This document shows, in pieces, positions 17,871 through 25,757 of a DNA stretch of 63,688 nt. A model generated the notes under the pieces. The model saw nothing but the letters and a program-made list of their open reading frames with translations, was not told the origin of the DNA and searched no databases. Origin of the DNA: Candidatus Gottesmanbacteria bacterium (GTDB taxonomy: Bacteria > Patescibacteriota > Microgenomatia > UBA10105 > UBA927); assembly GCA_023245355.1 (NCBI GenBank), contig JAHFKN010000007.1, positions 1 through 63,688 of the forward strand, given 5' to 3'. Numbering within the stretch: the stretch's first letter is position 1; every line of letters starts with the position of its first letter. Position numbers and translations under genes: made by a program.

Positions 17871-19307
17871 ATGGTAAAAAAGACATCATCTTCTAAGCGT
17901 AATATGCTTTCCGTGGTCTCATTTATCACACTCCTGGTGATACTCGTTTCCGTATTTGTACTGAGCGGGAGTTTTTCCGATCTTATTACGACCATTACCA
18001 AATCAAAAGCCTCGCAGGCAAACCCGAAAATTACGCAGTCATTCGGTGATGCATTTAAAGACGGCAGTATCAACGCGGAGAAATGGATAGTTACCAAATC
18101 AGACGGAGTATCCGTGACGGAAACGACTACTGACAACCTGCGGTTTGATATTCCGGCAGGAGCGGTGAATGCCAAAGCCAGAGGCGGCACAATGACATTT
18201 AAAGAAGTGCTTAAGGATAACGGGGATTTCCGGGCGATGGCAGTAGTATACCGGCCGATTGTCACGGGTGACGGTATGGGGATTACGGGTATACGTTTTT
18301 CCTCAAAAGGTGAAGATGACGATGAAGCCGCAGTTGTCCGTTGGCAGGTGAACGGTACGAACAGCAAAGCGGTATTTTTTGTAAATGGTGCCGACGGTAC
18401 ACGGATGGAAACCGATCGGGCAAATATAACCGGAAATATCGCCATATTGCGGCTTGAACGGATAAACAAGAAATACCGTGCATTTTACAAACTCGGAAAG
18501 GATTTCAGCGGAGATACGGATTGGATAGCGCTCGGTTTTGAGACAAACGCTACGCTCGGAAACGAAGGAAGAATTTCGATATTTACTCATAACGGCGGCG
18601 TAAAAGACAAATTTCCGAAAGTTGTCGGACGATTTGATGAATTCCATCTGGGTTGGGAAGGTAAACCCGCAGCCGGCATATCGTTTTCTGATGCCTTCGC
18701 AAACGGAACGTTGGGAAAGAACTGGAAAGTATATAAAACGGACGGCGCGCAGGTATATGAAAACGCAAATGATAACCTGATCATGTCGCTGACAAGCGGC
18801 GCGCTGAACGGAAAGCCGCGGCATGCGCAGATCGTCCGTACCTTACCGGTAGTGCCGGAAGACAAAAACTTCGTGTTGAATACAACCCTGTTTAAACCGA
18901 CCGTGGTCGGGGAAGGAAGCGGGTTGTCAGGATTAGCGTTTGTCTCAACGGGGAATGTGGACGATGAGGCGGCCCAGATACGCTGGGTTGTGTCCGGAAC
19001 GACAGTGAGCAAACTCGTATTTCTCGTCCGCGCACCGGACGGGTCACTGGCAGAACAGACGGGCGTCAACCTCGATGCGAAAGTAAAAGGGCTTACGCTG
19101 AGGCTCCTGCGAAACGGGAATAAGTATGCGGCGTTTTACCGGATCGGAGATTCGGACGCAGACTTTATCAAAATAGGAACCGACACCAGCAGCAATTTCG
19201 GTGCGGCCGGTCATGTCATGCTGATGGTAAATAATATCGGGGCCGGTGGGAAATTCCCCAGAGTTGTCGGCCGGTTCGACGACGTTTCCGGAAGCGTGAG
19301 TAAGTAA
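17871..19307 (+). CDS. Membrane-anchored exported protein with two tandem concanavalin-A-like beta-sandwich repeats
   Basis: N-terminal TM plus two ~210-aa homologous halves: SFGDAF/SFSDAF, DDEAAVVRW/DDEAAQIRW, LRLERINKKYRAFY/LRLLRNGNKYAAFY, FPKVVGRFD/FPRVVGRFD. Confidence 0.75.
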   Translation: MVKKTSSSKRNMLSVVSFITLLVILVSVFVLSGSFSDLITTITKSKASQANPKITQSFGDAFKDGSINAEKWIVTKSDGVSVTETTTDNLRFDIPAGAVNAKARGGTMTFKEVLKDNGDFRAMAVVYRPIVTGDGMGITGIRFSSKGEDDDEAAVVRWQVNGTNSKAVFFVNGADGTRMETDRANITGNIAILRLERINKKYRAFYKLGKDFSGDTDWIALGFETNATLGNEGRISIFTHNGGVKDKFPKVVGRFDEFHLGWEGKPAAGISFSDAFANGTLGKNWKVYKTDGAQVYENANDNLIMSLTSGALNGKPRHAQIVRTLPVVPEDKNFVLNTTLFKPTVVGEGSGLSGLAFVSTGNVDDEAAQIRWVVSGTTVSKLVFLVRAPDGSLAEQTGVNLDAKVKGLTLRLLRNGNKYAAFYRIGDSDADFIKIGTDTSSNFGAAGHVMLMVNNIGAGGKFPRVVGRFDDVSGSVSK

Positions 19308-19323
19308 GAAGCTGTGTGGGGAG

Positions 19324-19902
19324 TTATGTCAGGTGGTGACGCCGGACGAATTTAATCTGATCGCCCGTATACCCGAGCGTTTCCAAGAAGGCCTGGATAT
19401 CTGCTTTTGATTTTCCCTCAGCCGTCATTTTTTGGGTAAATGTGTAGATCCATTCCGTGACTTCAAAAGGCTGGAGAATCCATTTCATTGTTTGTTTGGC
19501 AAAATAATCCGGGCGTACCCGGGAATGCGGCTTGTAAAACAGTGTAGCTGTTGTAATTCCCGAAGGTTTAAACTCCCGTAAGTACGATGAAGCGCGTTTG
19601 AGTGTCGTACCAGTGTCAGCGATGTCGTCGACGAGCAGTACGCGCTTACCGGCGATACTTGCTGATAAACCCTCGGTGATATGAACCTCTCCCTGCTGTT
19701 GTATATCAGTATAACTCTGGATGGTGATTGAACAAATCGGAATGCGCATAAAGTCTGAAAGCAGGTGTCCGAATGTGAGTCCTCCCCGCCCGATGGCGAC
19801 AATCGTGTCAAAGGGTTTGTCATGCGCAAGGATGGTTGCGGCAATTTTTTGCGTGAGGATGTGGTAGTCTTTCCAGGTTACCGGAAGGTATTGGATCCGC
19901 AT
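19324..19902 (-). CDS. Type I phosphoribosyltransferase (purine/xanthine PRT-like)
   Basis: IVAIGRGGL and the PRPP-binding motif VLLVDDIADTGTTL. Start trimmed to MRIQYL (19902). Confidence 0.9.
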   Translation of the reverse strand: MRIQYLPVTWKDYHILTQKIAATILAHDKPFDTIVAIGRGGLTFGHLLSDFMRIPICSITIQSYTDIQQQGEVHITEGLSASIAGKRVLLVDDIADTGTTLKRASSYLREFKPSGITTATLFYKPHSRVRPDYFAKQTMKWILQPFEVTEWIYTFTQKMTAEGKSKADIQAFLETLGYTGDQIKFVRRHHLT

Positions 19903-20011
19903 ACGATAGTATGTGCAGCGAGGCAGTATTTTGTCAACCCTAGGGACTGTCTTAGCGGGGCGGACGGATTGTATCCCTTGACTCATGCACTTCGGAATCT
20001 ATAATAGCTGT

Positions 20012-20626
20012 ATGGATCAGAGTAAGAAGACGCCGCGCCTTAACTATTCCAGTGTGGCCATATCCGGTCGCCCCGGGGCGGGCAGGAGTACGCTTCTTAA
20101 GAATCTTCGCCCATGTCTGGAATCATTCGGATGGGAATTTTTTTCCGGAGGGGATTGGTCCAGAAAATTTTCCATAGAGCAGGGGAAGCACGACCCCCAA
20201 GACCCCAAGCATCATTTAGCGACGGATTACGGCGATGATGTGGATTATCAGATAGATCAGGCGTTGCGTGAAAAAATATCTCACCCGGAGACCCATATGG
20301 CCGTGGAAAGCTGGATTGCCGGATGGAACGCCCGCGGGCTTACGCATGTTCTGAAAGTACTGCTTATGTGTGATGACGCGCTCAGGATTGACCGCATTGT
20401 CAACCGCGATGACGCAACCGTCGAAGATGCGAAAGAACATCTGCGCACCCGGGAGGAAGCAAATATCGGGAAGTGGAAGCGCCTGTACGGGGTAGATGAT
20501 TTTTGGGATCCGAAATATTATGACCTGGTTATAAACACCTATTCACACGGTCCCAGTCAGACGCTGGAATTGGTATTGCAGGCACTGGGGTATTACAAGC
20601 TCAACGGTCAGCCGAAGAGTGAGTAA
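20012..20626 (+). CDS. cmk: Cytidylate kinase, archaeal/AAA_17 type
   Basis: ISGRPGAGRST P-loop, FFSGGD, ESWIAG, RIVNRD, YDLVINT. TATAAT lies 6 nt before ATG 20012. Confidence 0.75.
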   Translation: MDQSKKTPRLNYSSVAISGRPGAGRSTLLKNLRPCLESFGWEFFSGGDWSRKFSIEQGKHDPQDPKHHLATDYGDDVDYQIDQALREKISHPETHMAVESWIAGWNARGLTHVLKVLLMCDDALRIDRIVNRDDATVEDAKEHLRTREEANIGKWKRLYGVDDFWDPKYYDLVINTYSHGPSQTLELVLQALGYYKLNGQPKSE

Positions 20627-20729
20627 GACAATATTTTCCGAGAGTATATTTGATACCCGTTTTTCATTATTTCCATTGTTGGTACGCGAAATACCCGATT
20701 GTTAAATATTAACATCCTGTGACTAAATC

Positions 20730-21305
20730 ATGATTCCGACTGCGGCAAAAATCCGGGAGCTCTGGAAGGCAAATGCATTACCTGTGTACAAGCAAAATCA
20801 TTGTATGTTGGTAGCCCGTCTTGCCATATGGTTCGGACGGAAATTCACGGAACAGTACCCGGATATCGGTATAGATGTCCCGTTATTGGAGGCGGCCGCG
20901 TTACTCCATGATATAGATAAAGCAGCACCCAAAAATCCAAACGAACGCCACCCTGACGCAGCAGTGAGAATTCTCCGGGAAAACGGACTGGGTGAGATTT
21001 CCGACCTGGTCAGAACACACTCTCTTCATGCCATACTCGATCAAAGTACTGCACCGCAGACGCTGGAACAGAAGCTTTTGTATTTGTCGGATAAAATGGT
21101 GAAGCACTCCATTATTACTGTGGACGAACGGTTTGCATTGTGGAGGCGTGAGAAGTTGCCGGAACGTGCGCTCAAAGAGCTGGATGCGGCATACCCGAAA
21201 GTGAAAGCCCTGGAAAAAGAAATCTGTTCACGTATTCATATAGAAACCGGCAAGGTCGCGGAATTTGCCAATGCTGCGGAAACGAGTACAATGATGCTAC
21301 CGTAA
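20730..21305 (+). CDS. HD-domain metal-dependent phosphohydrolase
   Basis: H(CMLV)...AALLHDIDK...H...H...YLSDK motif set. Confidence 0.88.
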   Translation: MIPTAAKIRELWKANALPVYKQNHCMLVARLAIWFGRKFTEQYPDIGIDVPLLEAAALLHDIDKAAPKNPNERHPDAAVRILRENGLGEISDLVRTHSLHAILDQSTAPQTLEQKLLYLSDKMVKHSIITVDERFALWRREKLPERALKELDAAYPKVKALEKEICSRIHIETGKVAEFANAAETSTMMLP

Positions 21306-21317
21306 AAGGAGGGGAGT

Positions 21318-21884
21318 ATGAAAAAATTGTTCGGAATGCTATGTGCCGGTCTGGTTTTGTTGGGAGTACAGTCGGTGACGCAGGACTTGCGTGTATTTGC
21401 GGCTGCACCCGCCAAAGCAGGGGTAGTATCGGCGATTGCAACCCCCACACCCACGCCAAAGCCGACACCTGTCGAATATCTGCTGCCGTTTCCGGGAATT
21501 CTTCCGACGCATCCGCTCTATATATTCAAGAGTCTCCGCGACAGAATTATTGAATTGCTGATTACCGATCCGGTCAGCAAAGCGGAATTTTATATCCTGC
21601 AGGCAGACAAAAAACTGAATATGGGTATCACGCTTATCTCTTTGGGGAAAGCAGCCGATGCCCGTGTAGCGTTTGCCAACGCCCTTTCTTCCCGTACGCA
21701 GGCAATTGTGCTCCTTGAGGAACACATAAAGTCCGGCAATTCCGTGCCGGGATATCTTATGGAGAAGCTCACGCTTTCTCTTATAAAGCACCGCGAAGTT
21801 CTGGTAGGCGCGGGGGAAGCAGCAGAACAGATCGAAGCATTGCGCGTCCGTGTTCAGAAACTTACGGGATCGGTAGTCAATTAA
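21318..21884 (+). CDS. Secreted hypothetical protein, DUF5667-like
   Basis: SD AGGAGG, signal peptide, TPTP linker, and YLLPFPGILPTHPLYIFKSLRDRI motif. Confidence 0.75.
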   Translation: MKKLFGMLCAGLVLLGVQSVTQDLRVFAAAPAKAGVVSAIATPTPTPKPTPVEYLLPFPGILPTHPLYIFKSLRDRIIELLITDPVSKAEFYILQADKKLNMGITLISLGKAADARVAFANALSSRTQAIVLLEEHIKSGNSVPGYLMEKLTLSLIKHREVLVGAGEAAEQIEALRVRVQKLTGSVVN

Positions 21885-22085
21885 AAACCGTATTCATAAC
21901 AGCGGATTAAGCGGCTTCGTCTGCTCCGGAGAGGGTACAGAGGGAACACACAGAAACTGCTCATCGTGTCTCCGGCGGGAGAAAACTGACGGTGTACGTA
22001 CAGATTTTCACCGTACTTTTCCCTCATAAAACATTTCACGAGGCTAGGTTCATAAATTGGAACGTTTTGATATAGAAATTGCCAG

Positions 22086-22114
22086 TTGACTCACCACCGT
22101 TAGTGCTTTAGGAT
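22086..22114 (+). promoter_or_regulatory. Sigma70-type promoter of the nrdR-nrdJ-pduO operon
   Basis: TTGACT (22086-91), 17-nt spacer, TAGGAT (22109-14). Confidence 0.65.
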
Positions 22115-22122
22115 TTTTGAGC

Positions 22123-22168
22123 ACACCAAATATAGTGTTTTTTGATTTCACGACACTACATGCCTAAA
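22123..22168 (+). promoter_or_regulatory. NrdR box (strong, 22123-22138) plus a degenerate second box (22153-22168)
   Basis: ACACCAAATATAGTGT matches the consensus acaCwAtATaTwGtgt at 14 of 16 positions and sits at the predicted start site. The second copy ACACTACATG... starts 30 nt later and matches only the left half. Confidence 0.8.
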
Positions 22169-22182
22169 CGGAAGAGTCTACG

Positions 22183-22638
22183 ATGAAATGTCCATATTGC
22201 ACAAACACTGATACAGAGGTAATAGAGACGAGGGATAGTGAAGATCTTGCAGTAACCAGACGGCGAAGGGGCTGCAGTAAGTGTGCAAAACGGTTTACGA
22301 CATACGAACGGATAGAGACGGTTCCGCTAACCGTGATAAAAAAAGATAAGCGCAGAGAGCCATTTGACAGGGAAAAGCTGGAGCGGGGGATTTGGCGGGC
22401 AAGCGGAAAGACCACAATCAAAGGAGACGACGTCAGAAGAATTGTCGACGAGGTTGAGCGGGAGCTCATCGGAGGAAACAGCACGGAATTACCAAGTAAG
22501 AAAATAGGAGAGTTGGTAGCAAAACGGCTTAAGAAACTGGACAAGATTGCATATATTCGGTTTGCGAGCGTATTTAAACAATTTGTCGATATAGACGAAT
22601 TCGAAGGAGAGTTAAAAAAACTTATTAAAAAGAAATAA
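22183..22638 (+). CDS. nrdR: Transcriptional repressor NrdR
   Basis: MKCPYC...DSE...RRRRGCSKCAKRFTTYE zinc ribbon, ATP cone, and AYIRFASVFK. Confidence 0.97.
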   Translation: MKCPYCTNTDTEVIETRDSEDLAVTRRRRGCSKCAKRFTTYERIETVPLTVIKKDKRREPFDREKLERGIWRASGKTTIKGDDVRRIVDEVERELIGGNSTELPSKKIGELVAKRLKKLDKIAYIRFASVFKQFVDIDEFEGELKKLIKKK

Positions 22639-22640
22639 TT

Positions 22641-25091
22641 ATGGACACAAACCTTACCGGTATCCGAAAAACAGTATTTGCTGACCGCTATGCGCGGAAA
22701 GACGAGCAGGGCGCAGCTATCGAGCAGACACCCGAGGAGATGTGGAGACGGGTGGCGGGGGCAGTCGCACTGATGGAGAAAAAAGAAAACCGCGCACTAT
22801 GGGAAGAAAAGTTTTATGATGCCATGCGCGATTTTGTGCTGGTTCCGGGCGGACGGATTCTCTCGGGAGCGGGCACCGGGTATAAGGTAACCTTCTATAA
22901 TTGTTTTGTTATTCCGAGTCCGCATGATTCGCGCGGAGGCATTTTAAATACACTGTCGCAAATGGTGGAAATTATGTCCCGCGGCGGCGGGGTCGGTATC
23001 AACCTTTCCTCTTTGCGTCCGCGGGGCGCGCGCGTTCAGAAAGTAAACGGATTTTCTTCCGGTCCATGCAATTGGGCGGAGCTCTTTTCCGTCGCAACCA
23101 AAGACATTATCCAGCAGGGCGGCAGCCGCAGGGGAGCGCTCATGCTGATGTTGTGGGACTGGCATCCTGACATAGAAGAGTTTATTACCGTGAAGCAGGA
23201 TCTGCACCGTATTAACGGGGCTAACCTTTCCGTATGTGTTTCCGATGCGTTTATGGCAGCCGTCAAAAACGATGAGGACTGGGATCTTAAATTCCCTGAT
23301 CCGCACGATCCGGACTACGACACGAAATGGGACGGCTATTTGCCGAACTGGATTGCATTAGGGAAAAAACCCGTGGTTCAAAAAACAGTAAAAGCCAGGG
23401 TGCTGTGGGATCTTATCGCGACAGCAGCGTGGAAAAGCGCTGAACCCGGAGTGGTATTCATGGAGAGATACAACAAGCAGTTTAATAATTCGTATTTCGA
23501 ATACATCAATTGTGTAAATCCCTGCGGAGAAGAGGGATTGCCGAATTGGGGTGTGTGTAATTTAACATCGATAAATCTGGCAGCGCTCGTCAATGAAAAG
23601 GGTGAAATGGATTACGCCCGGCTTGCAGAAGTAGCCAAAATCGGCGTCCGGTTCCAGGATGACATCATCGACGCGGATTTTTATGTTTTTGATCAGATCA
23701 AGGAAGTGCAGCTTCACGGGGAACGACGGATTGGCCTGGGCACGATGGGACTCGGGGACGCACTGATAAAAATGAAGCTCCGTTACGGATCAGAGGAAAG
23801 TCTGGCAGTCATCGATAAAATTTACCGGACCGTCCGGGATGCAGCGTACGAATCTTCCGTTGATCTTGCCAAAGAAAAAGGGGCATTTCCGAAGATAAAT
23901 AAGACCAAACATCTGGAGGCATATTTCATCAAAAAATTGCCGGAAACCATCCGGAAAAAGATGAAGCGCTACGGAGTGAGGAATTCCATGATATTGCAGC
24001 AGGCTCCTACCGGATCCACGTCGCTGATGGCCGGCGTATCCAGCGGAATAGAACCGGTGTATGAATTTGAATTTATACGGCGTGACCGGCTGGGGGAACA
24101 TATTCTCCGCCATCCGCTGTATGAAGCATGGTTTCAGGGGTTTACCGCAGAGCACGGTAAGGAACCGACGAGGACAGAGCGGCCGGAATATTTTGTGTCC
24201 GCAAATGATTTGTCTCCTGAAGATCACGTACGCGTACAGGCGGCTATTCAGCAGTATGTCGATGCGTCCATCAGTAAAACAGTAAACGCTCCGAAGACGC
24301 ACACAGTTGATGACGTAAAACGTCTGTATACGCTCGCGTATGAATTGGGCTGCAAGGGGATTGCATACATGCGGGAAGGAAGCCGCGAAGGCGTGCTGAC
24401 CCGGAAAGAAGAGGAACCGAAAAAAGAAGAAATAAAGCAGGTGGCAACACCCCTAATGAGCGCTGAGGTGAAACCCCGGCCCGCGGTGGTTCACGGATCT
24501 ACCTACCAGGTAGAAACGCCTATGGGGCAGGCATATATTACGATAAACACAAACGGCGGAGAGCAGCCGCTTGAGATGTTTGTGAATGTCGGAAAGGCCG
24601 GGAGTGATGTGACGGCAATGGCGGAAGCCCTGGGGAGACTTATCTCTCTGGTACTTCGGGTCGCATCTCCGATTTCTCCGATGGAACGCGCACACCGCGT
24701 TGCAAGCGAACTGATCGGTATCGGAGGAGCCAGGAGTTTGGGATTCGGGGAAAACCGTGTCAGGAGTTTGCCGGATGCAGTAGCGAAAGTGATTGACCGG
24801 CATTTCGGATTTTTTGCAAAACACCGGGTGGATGCGCCGATTGCCGCTACACCCCCGGCAAACGGTCATACCGCTAACGCAAACGGCAACGGACATGCAC
24901 CGGCGGTCGTTGCAACGCCTGCTCCGAATGTAGAACCTGCGGATAAACCGATGACCGTACCGGCTACCCAGATGTTACTCACCGAACGCCGCATGGTAAC
25001 CGTAGATTTGTGTCCGAGTTGCGGTGAGGGGAGTCTGGTTTTTGAGGAATCCTGCAAGAAATGCTACTCATGCGGGTACTCGGAATGTTAA
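22641..25091 (+). CDS. nrdJ: Class II adenosylcobalamin-dependent ribonucleotide reductase with C-terminal TSCPD / Zn-ribbon domain
   Basis: PGGRIL, NCFVI, GGGVG, RRGA, NPCGE, CNLTSIN, APTGS, DASISKTVN, and a C-terminal CPSCG...CYSCGYSEC. No intein visible. Confidence 0.93.
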   Translation: MDTNLTGIRKTVFADRYARKDEQGAAIEQTPEEMWRRVAGAVALMEKKENRALWEEKFYDAMRDFVLVPGGRILSGAGTGYKVTFYNCFVIPSPHDSRGGILNTLSQMVEIMSRGGGVGINLSSLRPRGARVQKVNGFSSGPCNWAELFSVATKDIIQQGGSRRGALMLMLWDWHPDIEEFITVKQDLHRINGANLSVCVSDAFMAAVKNDEDWDLKFPDPHDPDYDTKWDGYLPNWIALGKKPVVQKTVKARVLWDLIATAAWKSAEPGVVFMERYNKQFNNSYFEYINCVNPCGEEGLPNWGVCNLTSINLAALVNEKGEMDYARLAEVAKIGVRFQDDIIDADFYVFDQIKEVQLHGERRIGLGTMGLGDALIKMKLRYGSEESLAVIDKIYRTVRDAAYESSVDLAKEKGAFPKINKTKHLEAYFIKKLPETIRKKMKRYGVRNSMILQQAPTGSTSLMAGVSSGIEPVYEFEFIRRDRLGEHILRHPLYEAWFQGFTAEHGKEPTRTERPEYFVSANDLSPEDHVRVQAAIQQYVDASISKTVNAPKTHTVDDVKRLYTLAYELGCKGIAYMREGSREGVLTRKEEEPKKEEIKQVATPLMSAEVKPRPAVVHGSTYQVETPMGQAYITINTNGGEQPLEMFVNVGKAGSDVTAMAEALGRLISLVLRVASPISPMERAHRVASELIGIGGARSLGFGENRVRSLPDAVAKVIDRHFGFFAKHRVDAPIAATPPANGHTANANGNGHAPAVVATPAPNVEPADKPMTVPATQMLLTERRMVTVDLCPSCGEGSLVFEESCKKCYSCGYSEC

Positions 25092-25100
25092 TATAGCTAC

Positions 25101-25667
25101 ATGCCAATCTACACCAAAACAGGCGACACCGGCACGACATCCCTGTTCGGGGGTAAGCGGGTATTAAAGTGCGAAGAACTTGTCGATGTGTACGGTTCCA
25201 TAGACGAACTGAATTCGTGGATAGGGAAAGTCGCAAGCGACATCGAGTCACCCGACGTACACGTGTTTCTTGCTGCTATTCAGTCTGATTTATTTTCAAT
25301 CGGAAGTCATCTGGCAGGATGGGTTACCGGGCTTCATGAACTGCCCAAGCGTGTCAAAGAAATGGAAGAACGGATAGATATTTTAGACGATAAATTGCCG
25401 AAGCTTTCCAATTTTATCCTCCCCGGAGGAACCAGACTTGCCTCTGATATCCATTTGGCCAGAGCAGTATGCCGCAGAGTTGAACGGCAGACCGTAGCGT
25501 TGGGTCAGAAACAGAAGATCGACACGAGGATTTTCGTGTATCTGAACCGCCTGTCCGATCTGCTGTTTATGCTGGCACGGTTTATCAATCATGAAGCCGG
25601 AATTGTAGAAGTGACATGGTCAGGTATTGACCGGAACGCTCACAAAGAGTACAAAGAGACGAAGTAA
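25101..25667 (+). CDS. pduO: PduO-type ATP:cob(I)alamin adenosyltransferase
   Basis: IYTKTGDTGTTSL, YGSIDELNS, FILPGG, ARAVCRRVER, YLNRLSDLLF. Confidence 0.95.
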   Translation: MPIYTKTGDTGTTSLFGGKRVLKCEELVDVYGSIDELNSWIGKVASDIESPDVHVFLAAIQSDLFSIGSHLAGWVTGLHELPKRVKEMEERIDILDDKLPKLSNFILPGGTRLASDIHLARAVCRRVERQTVALGQKQKIDTRIFVYLNRLSDLLFMLARFINHEAGIVEVTWSGIDRNAHKEYKETK

Positions 25668-25757
25668 GGACACGAGGAACGCTGTGGAACTCAGCGACTG
25701 TGCCGCAACGGTAAAGTCCGGAACTCCCCCTTACAGTATCCCGAGCAGGAGGATTTT

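Noticed and set aside
17771-18469. 232-aa minus-strand ORF
   Set aside because: It is antisense shadow of the duplicated-domain surface protein and has no motifs.
21900-22030. Cobalamin riboswitch upstream of the B12-dependent RNR
   Set aside because: The conserved B12-box (GCCACTG...GGGAAG, AGYCAGRAGACC) is missing, and the region lies upstream of the predicted promoter.
22641-25091. Intein or group I intron in nrdJ
   Set aside because: The ORF is continuous, NPCGE and other insertion hotspots are intact, and there are no C/S...HN splice motifs or LAGLIDADG blocks.
25668-25757. RNase P RNA start (AAAGTCCGG)
   Set aside because: The 90-bp gap is far too short, and the 3' P4 strand (AGAAC/GCTTA region) is absent.
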